Shown here: in pieces, positions 38,401 through 52,700 of the stretch
Layout: the number at the start of each line of letters is the position of its first letter
How positions within the stretch are numbered: position 1 is the stretch's first letter
Source of the DNA: Azolla caroliniana
Taxonomy: Eukaryota > Plantae > Polypodiophyta
Reading direction: 5' to 3'
NCBI GenBank assembly: GCA_043228905.1
Contig: JBHGNT010000008.1
Location: forward strand, 1-64,000
DNA: 64,000 bases
Notes under the pieces: model-generated
What the model saw: only the letters and a program-made list of their open reading frames with translations
The model's database searches: none
Told to the model about the DNA's origin: nothing
Program-made: the position numbers and the translations under genes

Positions 38401-41400
38401 AGAAATTACCAAATTAGAGGAGGGAGTAGAGAAGAGCCCGAGAGTAAATTAAAATGTTCATACCTGGCCCATGTGATATCGGATTTTAGTGTTCAAATAT
38501 GAGAATCGAAGCTAATAAAGGTACCCATGATATGGAATTAAAAAATCAAGATTTTGAATCTCAGGTCGAGAGACATGAAGATATTACCATATTTTAGGAG
38601 GGAGTTGAGAAGAGCCCGAGAGTAAATTAAAATGTTCATACCTGGCCCACGTGATATCGGATTTTAGTGTTCAAACATACGAATCGAAGCTAACAAGGCT
38701 AGCTATCATATATGTAATTAAAAAATCAAGGTTTTCAAACTCAGGTCGAGAGACATGAAGAAATTACCAAATTAGAGGAGGGAGTAGAGAAGAGGCCGAG
38801 AGTAAATTAAAATGGTCATACCTGGCCCATGTGATATCGGATTTTAGTGTTCAAATATAAGAATCGAAGCTAACAAAGGTACCTATGATATGGAATTAAA
38901 AAATCAAGATTTTGAAACTCAGGTCGAGAGACATGCAGAAATTACCCAATTTGAGGAGGGAGTTGAGTAGAGCCCGAGAGTAAATTAAAATGTTCATACC
39001 TGGTCCATGTGATATCGGATTTTAGTGTTCAAACATACGAATTGAAGCTAACAAGGCTAGCTATGATATCGAATTAAAAAATCAAGGTTTTGAAACTCAG
39101 GTCGAGAGACATGAAGAAATTACCAAATTAGAGGCGGGAGTAGAGAAGATCCCGAGAGTAAGTTAAAATGTTCATACCTGGCCCACGTGATATCGGCTTT
39201 TAGTGTTCAAACATACGAATCGAAGCTAACAATGGGAGCTATGTTATGGATTTCGAAAATCAACATTTTGAAACTCAGGTCAAGAGACATGAAGAAATTC
39301 CCGAATTAGAGGAGATAGTAGAGAAGAGGCCGAGAGTAAATTAAAATGTTCATACCTCGCCCATGTGATATCGGATTTTAGTGTTTAAATATGAGAATCG
39401 AAGCTAACAAAGGTACCCATGATATGGAATTAAAAAATCAAGATTTTGAATCTCAGGTCGAGAGACATGACGAAATTACCCAATTTGAGGAGGGAGTTGA
39501 GAAGAGCCCGAGAGTACATTAAAATATTCATACCTGGCCCACGTGATATCGGATTTTAGTGTTCAAACAAACAATTCGAAGCTAACAAGGCTAGCTATGA
39601 TATGGAATTAAAAAATCAAGCTTTTGAAACTCAGGTCGAGAGACATGAAGAAATTACCAAATTAGAGGAGGGAGTAGAGAAGAGGCCGAGAGTAAATTAA
39701 AATGGTCATACCTGGCCCATGTGATATCGGATTTTAGTGTTCAAATATGAGAATCGAAGATAACAAAGGTACCTATGATATGGAATTAAAAAATCAAGAT
39801 TTTGAAACTCAGGTCGAGAGACATGAAGAAATTACCCAATTTGAGGAGGGAATTGAGAAGAGCCCGAGAGTAAATTAAAATGTTCATACCTGGTCCATGT
39901 GATATCGGATTTTAGTGTTCAAACATACGAATTGAAGCTAACAAGGCTAGCTATGATATCGAATTAAAATATCAAGGTTTTGAAACTCAGGTCGAGAGAC
40001 ATGAAGAAATTACCAAATTAGAGGAGGGAGTAGAGAAGAGGCCGAGAGTAAATTAAAATGTTCATACCTGGCCCATGTGATATCGGATTTTAGTGTTCAA
40101 ATATGAGAATCGAAGCTAATAAAGGTACCCATGATATGGAATTAAAAAATCAAGATTTTGAATCTCAGGTCGAGAGACATGAAGAAATTACCATATTTGA
40201 GGAGGGAGTTCAGAAGAGCCCGAGAGTAAATTAAAATGTTCATACCGGGTCCATGTGATATCGGATTTTAGTGTTCAAATATGAGAATCGAAGCTAACAA
40301 AGCTAGCTATCATCTGGAATTAAAAAATCAAGATTTTGAAAATCAGATCGAGAGACATGAAGAAATTACCAAATTTGAGGAGGGAGTTGAGAAGAGCGCG
40401 TGAGTAAATTAAAATGTTCATACCTGGCCCATGTGATATCCCATTTTAGTGTTCAAATATACGAATCGAAGCTAACAAGGCTAGCTATGATATGGAATTA
40501 AAAAATCAAGGTTTTGAAACTCAGGTCGAGAGACATGAAGAAATTACCAAATTAGAGGAGGGAGTAGAGAAGAGGCCGAGAGTAAATTCAAATGGTCATA
40601 CCTGGCCCATGTGATATCCGATTTTAGTGTTCAAACATTTGAATTGAAGCTAACAAGGCTAGCTATGATATGGAAATAAAAAATCTAGGTTTTGAAACTC
40701 AGGTCGAGAGACATGAAGAAATTGCCAAATTAGAGGAGGGAGTAGAGAAGAGCCCGAGAGTAAATTAAAATGTTTAGACTTGGCCAATGTGATATCGGAT
40801 TTGAGTGTTTAAACATGCGAATGGAAGCTAACAAAGCTACCTATGATATGGAATAAAAAATCAAGATTTTCAAATTCACGTCGAGAGACATGAAGAAATT
40901 ACCAAATTTGAGGAGGGAGTTGAGAAGAGCGCGTGAGTAAATTAAAATGTTCATACCTGGCCCATGTGATATAAGATTTTAGTGTTCAAACATGCGAATC
41001 GAAGCTAACAAGGCTAGCTATGATATCGAATTAAAAAATCAAGGTTTTGAAACTCAGGTCGAGAGACATGAAGAAATTACCCAATTTGAGGAGGGAGTTG
41101 AGAAGAGCCCGATCATAAATTAAAATGTTCATAGCTGGCCCATGTGATATCCGATTTTAGTGTTCAAACATACGATTCGAAGCTAACAAGGCTAGCTATG
41201 ATATGGAATTAAAAAATCAAGGTTTTGAAACTCAGGTTGAGAGACATAAAGAAATTCCCAAATTAGAGGAGGGAGTAGAGAGGAGCCCGAGAGTAAATTA
41301 AAATGTTCATACCTGGCCCATGTGATATCGGATTTTAGTGTTCAAATATGCGAATCGAAGCTAACAAAGGTACCTATGATATGGAATTAAAAAATCAAGC

Positions 41401-44400
41401 TTCTAAAATCAGGTCGAGAGACATGAAGAAATTACCAAATTAGAGGAGGGAGTTGAGAAGAGCGCGTGAGTAAATTAAAATGTTTATACGTGGCCCATGT
41501 GATATCGGATTTTAGTGTTCAAATATGCGAATCGAAGCTAACAAAGGTACCTATGATATGGAATTAAAAAATCAAGCTTCTGAAAATCAGGTCGAGAGAC
41601 ATGAAGAAATTACCAAATTAGAGGAGGGAGTTGAGAAGAGCGCGTGAGTAAATTAAAATGTTCATACCTGGCCCATCTGATATCGGATTTTAGTGTTCAA
41701 ATATGCGAATCGAAGCTAACAAAGGTACCTCTGACAGGAGGGAGTAGAGAGGAGCCCGACAGTAAATTAAAATGTTCATACCTGGCCCATGTGATATCGG
41801 ATTTTAGTGTTTAAATATGCGAATGGAAGCTAACAATACGAGCTATGTTATGGAATTAAAAAATCAAGATTTTGAAACTCAGGTCGAGAGACATGAAGCA
41901 ATTCCCAAATTAGAGGAGGGAGTAGAGAAGAGGCCGAGAGTAAATTAAAATGTTCATACCTGGCCCATGTGATATCGGATTTTAGTGTTCAAATATGAGA
42001 ATCGAAGCTAACAAAGGTACCTATGATATGGAATTAAAAAATCAAGATTTTGAAACTCAGGTCGAGAGACATGAAGACATCCCCAAATTAGAGGAGGGAG
42101 TAGAGAGGAGCCCGAGACTAAATTAAAATGTTCATACCTGGCCCATGTGATATCGGATTTTAGTGTTCAAACATACGAATCGAAGCTAACAAGGCTAGCT
42201 ATGATATGGAATTAAAAAATCAAGGTTTTGAAACTCAGGTCGAGAGACATGAAGAAATTCCCGAACTAGAGGAGGGAGTAGAGAAGAGCCCAAGAGTAAA
42301 TTAAAATGTTTAGACTTGGCCAATGTGATATCGGATTTTAGTGTTTAAACATTGGAATCGAAGCTAACAACGCAAGCTATGATATGGAATTAAAAAATCA
42401 AGATTTTGAAACTCACGTCGAGAGACATGAAGAAATTACCCAATTTGAGGAGGGAGTTCAGAAGAGCCCGAGAGTAAATTAAAATGTGTAGACCTGGCCC
42501 ATGTGATATCGGATTTTAGTGTTCAAACATACGAATCGAAGCTAACAAGGCTAGCTATGATATTGAATTAAAAAATCAAGCTCTTAAAACTCACGTCGAG
42601 AGACATGAAGAAATTACTAAATTTGAGGAGGGAGTTGAGAAGAGCCCGAGAGTAAATTAAAATGTTCATACCTGCCCATGTGATATCGGATTTTAGTGTT
42701 CAAACATGCGAATCGAGGCTAACAACGCTAGCTATGACATGGAATGAAAAAATCAAGATTTTGGAATTTGCAAATTAGAGGAGGGAGTAGATAAGAGCCC
42801 GAGAGTAAATTAAAACGTTTAGACCTGGCCCATGTGATATCGGATTTTAGTGTTTAAACATGCGAATCGAAGCTAACAAAGGTACCTATGATATGCAATT
42901 AAAAAATCAAGATTTTGGAACTCAGGTCGAGAGATATGACAAAATTACCAAATTTGAGGAGGGAGTTGAGAAGAGCGCGTGAGTAAATTAAAATGTTCAA
43001 ACCTGGCCCATGTGATATAGAATTTTAGTGTTCAAACATGAGAATCGAAGCTAACAACGCAAGCTATGATATGGAATTCCCAAATTAGAGGAGGGAGTAG
43101 AGAAGAGCCCGAGAGTAAATTAAAATGTTTAGACCTAGCCCATGTGATATCGGATTTTACTATTTAAACATGCAAATCGAAGCTAGCAAAGCTAGCTATG
43201 ATATGGAATTAAAAAATCAAGATTTACAAACTCAGGTCGAGAGATATTAAGAAATTACCAAATTAGAGGAGGGAGTAGAGAGGAGCCCGAGAGTAAATTA
43301 AAATGTTCATACCTGGCCCATGTGATATCGGATTTTAGTGTTCAAATATGCGAATCGAAGCTAACAAAGGTACCTATGATATGGAATTAAAAAATCAAGC
43401 TTCTAAAATCAGGTCGAGAGACATGAAGAAATTACCAAATTAGAGGAGGGAGTTGAGAAGAGCGCGTGAGTAAATTAAAATGTTTATACGTGGCCCATGT
43501 GATATCGGATTTTAGTGTTCAAATATGCGAATCGAAGCTAACAAAGGTACCTATGATATGCAATTAAAAAATCAAGCTTCTGAAAATCAGGTCGAGAGAC
43601 ATGAAGAAATTACCAAATTAGAGGAGGGAGTTGAGAAGAGCGCGTGAGTAAATTAAAATGTTCATACCTGGCCCATCTGATATCGGATTTTAGTGTTCAA
43701 ATATGCGAATCGAAGCTAACAAAGGTACCTCTGACAGGAGGGAGTAGAGAGGAGCCCGACAGTAAATTAAAATGTTCATACCTAGCCCATGTGATATCGG
43801 ATTTTAGTGTTTAAATATGCGAATGGAAGCTAACAATACGAGCTATGTTATGGAATTAAAAAATCAAGATTTTGAAACTCAGGTCGAGAGACATGAAGCA
43901 ATTCCCAAATTAGAGGAGGGAGTAGAGAAGAGGCCGAGAGTAAATTAAAATGTTCATACTTGGCCCATGTGATATCGGATTTTAGTGTTCAAATATGAGA
44001 ATCGAAGCTAACAAAGGTACCTATGATATGGAATTAAAAAATCAAGATTTTGAAACTCAGGTCGAGAGACATGAAGACATCCCCAAATTAGAGGAGGGAG
44101 TAGAGAGGAGCCCGAAAGTAAATTAAAATGTTCATACCTGGCCCATGTCATATCGGATATTAGTGTTGAAATATGCGAATCGAAGCTAACAAAGGTACCT
44201 ATGATATGGAATTAAAAAATCAAGATTTTGAAACTCAGGTCGAGAGACATGAAGACATTCCCAAATTAGAGGAGGGAGTAGAGAGGAGCCCGAGAGTGAA
44301 TTAAAATGTTCATACCTGGCCCATGTGATATCGGATTTTAGTGTTCAAATATGCGAATCGAAGCTAACAAAGGTACCTATGATATGGAATTAAAAAATCA

Positions 44401-47400
44401 AGGTTTTGAAACTCAGGTCGAGAGACATGAAGAAATTACCAAATTAGAGGAGGGAGTTGAGGAGAGACCGAGAGTAAATTAAAATGTTCATACCTGGCCC
44501 ACGTCATATCGGATTTTAGTGTACAAACATACAAATCGAAGCTAACAAGGCTAGCTATGATATGTAATTAAAAAATCAAGGTTTTGAAACTCAGGTCGAC
44601 AGACATGAAGAAATTACCAAATTAGACGAGGGAGTAGAGAAGAGGCCGAGAGTAAATTAAAATGGTCATACCTGGCCAATGTGATATCGGATTTTAGTGT
44701 TCAAATATGAGAATCGAAGATAACAAAGGTACCTATGATATGGAATTAAAAAATCAAGATTTTGACACTCAGGTCGAGAGACATGAAGAAATTACCCAAT
44801 TTGAGGAGGGAGTTGAGAAGAGCCCGAGAGTAAATTAAAATGTTCACACCTGGTCCATGTGATATCGGATTTTAGTGTTCAAACATACGAATCGAAGCTA
44901 ACAAGGTTAGCTATGATATGTAATTAAAAAATCAAGGTTTTGAAACTCAGGTCGAGAGACATGAAGAAATTACCAAATTAGAGGAGGTAGTAGAGAAGAG
45001 GCCGAGAGTAAATTAAAATAGTAATACCTGGCCCATGTGATATCCGATTTTAGTGTTCAAACATTTGAATTGAAGCTAACAAGGCTAGCTATGATATCGA
45101 ATTAAAAAATCAAGGTTTTGAAACTCATGTCGAAAGACATGAAGATATTACCAAATTAGAGGAGGGAGTAGAGAAGAGGCCAAGAGTAAATTAAAATGTT
45201 CATACCTGGTCCATGTGATATCGGATTTTAGTGTTCAAATATGGGAATCGAAGCTAACAATGCGAGCTATGTTATGGATTTCGAAAATCAAGATTTTGAA
45301 ACTCAGGTCGAGAGACATGAAGAAATTCCCAAATTAGAGGAGGGAGTAGAGAAGAGGCCAAGAGTAAATTAAAATGTTCATACCTGGCCCATGTGATATC
45401 GGATTTTAGTGTTTAAATATGAGAATCGAAGCTAACAAAGGTACCCATGATATGGAATTAAAAAATCAAGATTTTGAATCTCAGGTCGAGAGACATGACG
45501 AAATTACCCAATTTGAGGAGGGAGTTGAGAAGAGCCCGAGAGTAAATTAAAATGTTCATACCTGGCCCACGTGATATCGGATTTTATTGTTCAAACATAC
45601 GAATCGAAGCTAACAAGGATAGCTATGATATGTAATTAAAAAAGCAAGGTTTTGAAACTCAGGTCGAGAGACATGAAGAAATTACCAAATTAGAGGAGGG
45701 AGTAGAGAAGAGGCCGAGAGTAAATTAAAATGGTCATACCTCGCCCATGTGATATCGGATTTTAGTGTTCAAATATGAGAATCAAAGCTAACAAAGGTAC
45801 CTATGATATGGAATTAAAAAATCAAGATTTTGAAACTCAGGTCGAGAGACATGAAGACATTCCCAAATTAGAGGAGGGAGTAGAGAGGAGCCCGAGAGTG
45901 AATTAAAATGTTCATACCTGGCCCATGTGATATCGGATTTTAGTGTTCAAATATGCGAATCGAAGCTAACAAAGGTACCTATGATATGGAATTAAAAAAT
46001 CAAGGTTTTGAAACTCAGGTCGAGAGACATGAAGAAATTACCAAATTAGAGGAGGGAGTTGAGGAGAGACCGAGAGTAAATTAAAATCTTCATACCTGGC
46101 CCACGTCATATCGGATTTTAGTGTACAAACATACAAATCGAAGCTAACAAGGCTAGCTATGATATCGAAGCTAAATATGAGAATCGAAGCTAACAAAGGT
46201 ACCCATGATATGGAATTAAAAAATCAAGATTTTGAATCTCAGGTCGAGAGACATGACGAAATTACCCAATTTGAGGAGGGAGTTGAGAAGAGCCCGAGAG
46301 TAAATTAAAATGTTCATACCTGGCCCACGTGATATCGGATTTTATTGTTCAAACATACGAATCGAAGCTAACAAGGATAGCTATGATATGTAATTAAAAA
46401 AGCAAGGTTTTGAAACTCAGGTCGAGAGACATGAAGAAATTACCAAATTAGACGAGGGAGTAGAGAAGAGGCCGAGAGTAAATTAAAATGGTCATACCTG
46501 GCCAATGTGATATCGGATTTTAGTGTTCAAATATGAGAATCGAAGATAACAAAGGTACCTATGATATGGAATTAAAAAATCAAGATTTTGACACTCAGGT
46601 CGAGAGACATGAAGAAATTACCCAATTTGAGGAGGGAGTTGAGAAGAGCCCGAGAGTAAATTAAAATGTTCACACCTGGTCCATGTGATATCGGATTTTA
46701 GTGTTCAAACATACGAATCGAAGCTAACAAGGTTAGCTATGATATGTAATTAAAAAATCAAGGTTTTGAAACTCAGGTCGAGAGACATGAAGAAATTACC
46801 AAATTAGAGGAGGTAGTAGAGAAGAGGCCGAGAGTAAATTAAAATAGTCATACCTGGCCCATGTGATATCCGATTTTAGTGTTCAAACATTTGAATTGAA
46901 GCTAACAAGGCTAGCTATGATATCGAATTAAAAAATCAAGGTTTTGAAACTCATGTCGAAAGACATGAAGACATTACCAAATTAGAGGAGGGAGTAGAGA
47001 AGAGGCCAAGAGTAAATTAAAATGTTCATACCTGGTCCATGTGATATCGGATTTTAGTGTTCAAATATGGGAATCGAAGCTAACAATGCGAGCTATGTTA
47101 TGGATTTCGAAAATCAAGATTTTGAAACTCAGGTCGAGAGACATGAAGAAATTCCCAAATTAGAGGAGGGAGTAGAGAAGAGGCCAAGAGTAAATTAAAA
47201 TGTTCATACCTGGCCCATGTGATATCGGATTTTAGTGTTTAAATATGAGAATCGAAGCTAACAAAGGTACCCATGATATGGAATTAAAAAATCAAGATTT
47301 TGAATCTCAGGTCGAGAGACATGACGAAATTACCCAATTTGAGGAGGGAGTTGAGAAGAGCCCGAGAGTAAATTAAAATGTTCATACCTGGCCCACGTGA

Positions 47401-50400
47401 TATCGGATTTTATTGTTCAAACATACGAATCGAAGCTAACAAGGCTAGCTATGATATGTAATTAAAAAAGCAAGGTTTTGAAACTCAGGTCGAGAGACAT
47501 GAAGAAATTACCAAATTAGAGGAGGGAGTAGAGAAGAGGCCGAGAGTAAATTAAAATGGTCATACCTCGCCCATGTGATATCGGATTTTAGTGTTCAAAT
47601 ATGAGAATCAAAGATAACAAAGGTACCTATGATATGGAATTAAAAAATCAAGATTTTGAAACTCAGGTCGAGAGACATGAAGAAATTACCCAATTTGAGG
47701 AGGGAGTTGAGAAGAGCCCGAGAGTAAATTAAAATGTTCATACATGGTCCATGTGATATCGGATTTTAGTGTTCAAACATACGAATTGAAGCTAACAAGG
47801 CTAGCTATGATATCGAATTAAAAAATCAAGGTTTTGAAACTCAGGTCGAGAGACATGAAGAAATTACTAAATTAGAGGAGGGAGTAGAGAAGAGGCCAAG
47901 ACTAAATTAAAATGTTCATACCTGGCCCATGTGATATCGGATTTTAGTGTTCAAATATGAGAATCGAAGCTAATAAAGGTACCCATGATATGGAATTAAA
48001 AAATCAAGATTTTGAATCTCAGGTCGAGAGACATGAAGAAATTACCATATTTTAGGAGGGAGTTGAGAAGAGCCCGAGAGTAAATTAAAATGTTCATACC
48101 TGGCCCACGTGATATCGGATTTTAGTGTTCAAACATACGAATCGAAGCTAACAAGGCTAGCTATGATATGTAATTAAAAAATCAAGGTTTTGAAACTCAG
48201 GTCGAGAGACATGAAGAAATTACCAAATTAGAGGAGGGAGTAGAGAAGAGGCCGAGAGTAAATTAAAATGGTCATACCTGGCCCATGTGATATCGGATTT
48301 TAGTGTTCAAATATAAGAATCGAAGCTAACAAAGGTACCTATGATATGGAATTAGAAAATCAAAATTTTGAAACTCAGGTCGAGAGACATGCAGAAATTA
48401 CCCAATTTGAGGAGGGAGTTGAGAAGAGCCCGAGAGTAAATTAAAATGTTCATACCTGGTCCATGTGATATCGGATTTTAGTGTTCAAACATACGAATTG
48501 AAGCTAACAAGGCTAGCTATGATATGGAATTTAAAAATCAAGGTTTTGAAACTCAGGTCGAGAGACATGAAGAAATTACCAAATTAGACGAGGGAGTAGA
48601 GAAGAGGCCGAGAGTAAATTAAAATGGTCATACCTGGCCCATGTGATATCGGATTTTAGTGTTCAAACATACGAATCGAAGCTAACAAGGCTAGCTATGA
48701 TATGGAATTAAAAAATCAAGGTTTTGAAACTCAGGTCGAGAGACATGAAGAAATTCCCGAATTAGAGGAGGGAGTAGAGAAGAGCCCAAGAGTAAATTAA
48801 AATGTTTAGACTTGGCCAATGTGATATCGGATTTTAGTGTTTAAACATTGGAATCGAAGCTAACAACGCAAGCTATGATATGGAATTAAAAAATCAAGAT
48901 TTTGAAACTCACGTCGAGAGACATGAAGAAATTACACAATTTGAGGAGGGAGTTGAGAAGAGCCCGAGAGTAAATTAAAATGTTTAGACCTGGCCCATGT
49001 GATATCGGATTTTAGTGTTCAAACATACGAATCGAAGCTAACAAAGGTACCTATGATATGGAATTAAAAAATCAAGGTTTTGAAACTCAGGTCGAAAGAC
49101 ATGAAGAAATTACCAAATTAGAGGAGGGAGTTGAGGAGAGCCCGAGAGTAAATTAAAATGTTCATACCTGGCCCACGTCATATCGGATTTTAGTGTACAA
49201 ACATACAAATCGAAGCTAACAAGGCTAGCTATGATATGTAATTAAAAAATCAAGGTTTTGAAACTCAGGTCGAGAGACATGAAGAAATTACCAAATTAGA
49301 GGAGGGAGTAGAGAAGAGCCCGAGAGTAAATTAAAATGGTCATACCTGGCCCATGTGATATCGGATTTTAGTGTTCAAATATGAGAATCGAAGATAACAA
49401 AGATACCTATGATATAGAATTAAAAAATCAAGATTTTGAAACTCAGGTCGAGAGACATGAAGAAATTACCCAATTTGAGGAGGGAGTTGAGAAGAGCCCG
49501 AGAGTAAATTAAAATGTTCATACCTGGTCCATGTGATATCGGATTTTAGTGTTCAAACATACGAATCGAAGCTAACAAGGCTAGCTATGATATCGAATTA
49601 AAAAATCAAGGTTTTGAAACTCAGGTCGAGAGACATGAAGAAATTACCAAATTAGAGGAGGGAGTAGAGAAGAGCCCGAGAGTAAATTAAAATGTTCATA
49701 CCTGGCCCATGTGATATCGGATTTTAGTGTTCAAATATGAGAATCGAAGCTAATAAAGGTACCCATGATATGGAATTAAAAAATCAAGATTTTGAATCTC
49801 AGGTCGAGAGACATGAAGATATTACCATATTTTAGGAGGGAGTTGAGAAGAGCCCGAGAGTAAATTAAAATGTTCATACCTGGCCCACGTGATATCGGAT
49901 TTTAGTGTTCAAACATACGAATCGAAGCTAACAAGGCTAGCTATCATATATGTAATTAAAAAATCAAGGTTTTCAAACTCAGGTCGAGAGACATGAAGAA
50001 ATTACCAAATTAGAGGAGGGAGTAGAGAAGAGGCCGAGAGTAAATTAAAATGGTCATACCTGGCCCATGTGATATCGGATTTTAGTGTTCAAATATAAGA
50101 ATCGAAGCTAACAAAGGTACCTATGATATGGAATTAGAAAATCAAGATTTTGAAACTCAGGTCGAGAGACATGCAGAAATTACCCAATTTGAGGAGGGAG
50201 TTGAGAAGAGCCCGAGAGTAAATTAAAATGTTCATACCTGGTCCATGTGATATCGGATTTTAGTGTTCAAACATACGAATTGAAGCTAACAAGGCTAGCT
50301 ATGATATCGAATTAAAAAATCAAGGTTTTGAAACTCAGGTCGAGAGACATGAAGAAATTACCAAATTAGAGGCGGGAGTAGAGAAGATCCCGAGAGTAAG

Positions 50401-52700
50401 TTAAAATGTTCATTCCTGGCCCACGTGATATCGGCTTTTAGTGTTCAAACATACGAATCGAAGCTAACAATGGGAGCTATGTTATGGATTTCGAAAATCA
50501 ACATTTTGAAACTCAGGTCAAGAGACATGAAGAAATTCCCGAATTAGAGGAGAGAGTAGAGAAGAGGCCGAGAGTAAATTAAAATGTTCATACCTCGCCC
50601 ATGTGATATCGGATTTTAGTGTTTAAATATGAGAATCGAAGCTAACAAAGGTACCCATGATATGGAATTAAAAAATCAAGATTTTGAATCTCAGGTCGAG
50701 AGACATGACGAAATTACCCAATTTGAGGAGGGAGTTGAGAAGAGCCCGAGAGTACATTAAAATATTCATACCTGGCCCACGTGATATCGGATTTTAGTGT
50801 TCAAACAAACAATTCGAAGCTAACAAGGCTAGCTATGATATGGAATTAAAAAATCAAGCTTTTGAAACTCAGGTCGAGAGACATGAAGAAATTACCAAAT
50901 TAGAGGAGGGAGTAGAGAAGAGGCCGAGAGTAAATTAAAATGGTCATACCTGGCCCATGTGATATCGGATTTTAGTGTTCAAATATGAGAATCGAAGATA
51001 ACAAAGGTACCTATGATATGGAATTAAAAAATCAAGATTTTGAAACTCAGGTCGAGAGACATGAAGAAATTACCCAATTTGAGGAGGGAATTGAGAAGAG
51101 CCCGAGAGTAAATTAAAATGTTCATACCTGGTCCATGTGATATCGGATTTTAGTGTTCAAACATACAAATTGAAGCTAACAAGGCTAGCTATGATATCGA
51201 ATTAAAATATCAAGGTTTTGAAACTCAGGTCGAGAGACATGAAGAAATTACCAAATTAGAGGAGGGAGTAGAGAAGAGGCCGAGAGTAAATTAAAATGTT
51301 CATACCTGGCCCATGTGATATCGGATTTTAGTGTTCAAATATGAGAATCGAAGCTAATAAAGGTACCCATGATATGGAATTAAAAAATCAAGATTTTGAA
51401 TCTCAGGTCGAGAGACATGAAGAAATTACCATATTTGAGGAGGGAGTTCAGAAGAGCCCGAGAGTAAATTAAAATGTTCATACCGGGTCCATGTGATATC
51501 GGATTTTAGTGTTCAAATATGAGAATCGAAGCTAACAAAGCTAGCTATCATCTGGAATTAAAAAATCAAGATTTTGAAAATCAGATCGAGAGACATGAAG
51601 AAATTACCAAATTTGAGGAGGGAGTTGAGAAGAGCGCGTGAGTAAATTAAAATGTTCATACCTGGCCCATGTGATATCCCATTTTAGTGTTCAAATATAC
51701 GAATCGAAGCTAACAAGGCTAGCTATGATATGGAATTAAAAAATCAAGATTTTGTAACTCAGGTTGAGAGACATGAAGAAATTCCCAAATTAGAGGAGGG
51801 AGTAGAGAAGAGCCCGAGAGTAAATTAAAATGTTTAGACTTGGCCAATGTGATATCGGATTTGAGTGTTTAAACATGCGAATGGAAGCTAACAAGGCTAG
51901 CTATGATATGGAATTAAAAAATCAAGGTTTTGAAACTCAGGTCGAGAGACATGAAGAAATTACCAAATTAGAGGAGGGAGTAGAGAAGAGGCCGAGAGTA
52001 AATTCAAATGGTCATACCTGGCCCATGTGATATCCGATTTTAGTGTTCAAACATTTGAATTGAAGCTAACAAGGCTAGCTATGATATGGAATTAAAAAAT
52101 CTAGGTTTTGAAACTCAGGTCGAGAGACATGAAGAAATTGCCAAATTAGAGGAGGGAGTAGAGAAGAGCCCGAGAGTAAATTAAAATGTTTAGACTTGGC
52201 CAATGTGATATCGGATTTGAGTGTTTAACCATGCGAATGGAAGCTAACAAAGCTACCTATGATATGGAATAAAAAATCAAGATTTTCAAACTCACGTCGA
52301 GAGACATGAAGAAATTACCAAATTTGAGGAGGGAGTTGAGAAGAGCGCGTGAGTAAATTAAAATGTTCATACCTGGCCCATGTGATATAAGATTTTAGTG
52401 TTCAAACATGCGAATCGAAGCTAACAAGGCTAACTATGATATCGAATTAAAAAATCAAGGTTTTGAAACTCAGGTCGAGAGACATGAAGAAATTACCCAA
52501 TTTGAGGAGGGAGTTGAGAAGAGCCCGATCATAAATTAAAATGTTCATAGCTGGCCCATGTGATATCCGATTTTAGTGTTCAAACATACGATTCGAAGCT
52601 AACAAGGCTAGCTATGATATGGAATTAAAAAATCAAGGTTTTCAAACTCAGGTTGAGAGACATAAAGAAATTCCCAAATTAGAGGAGGGAGTAGAGAGGA
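26490..52700 (+). repeat. Approximately 11-kb (about 63-monomer) higher-order repeat, about 2.4 tandem copies
   Basis: Deletion scars recur at +11,014 (30717/41731, 32717/43731, 31751/42765). GAGCCCAA marker at 26533, 37544 and 48782. The offset becomes 11,238 after a 224-bp insertion near 46170. Boundaries approximate. Confidence 0.9.
33240..36400 (+). repeat. 9-monomer (1,602-bp) tandem duplication inside the 11-kb unit
   Basis: GTGAATT marker at 33282 and 34884, followed by the same monomer order (GAGACCGAG, GTGTACAAAC, TTTTGACAC, GGAGGTAG); repeated at about 44.3-47.6 kb. Confidence 0.8.

Noticed and set aside
51830-52030. 66-aa ORF
   Set aside because: A single satellite monomer in which point variants remove the usual stops; not maintained in most other copies.
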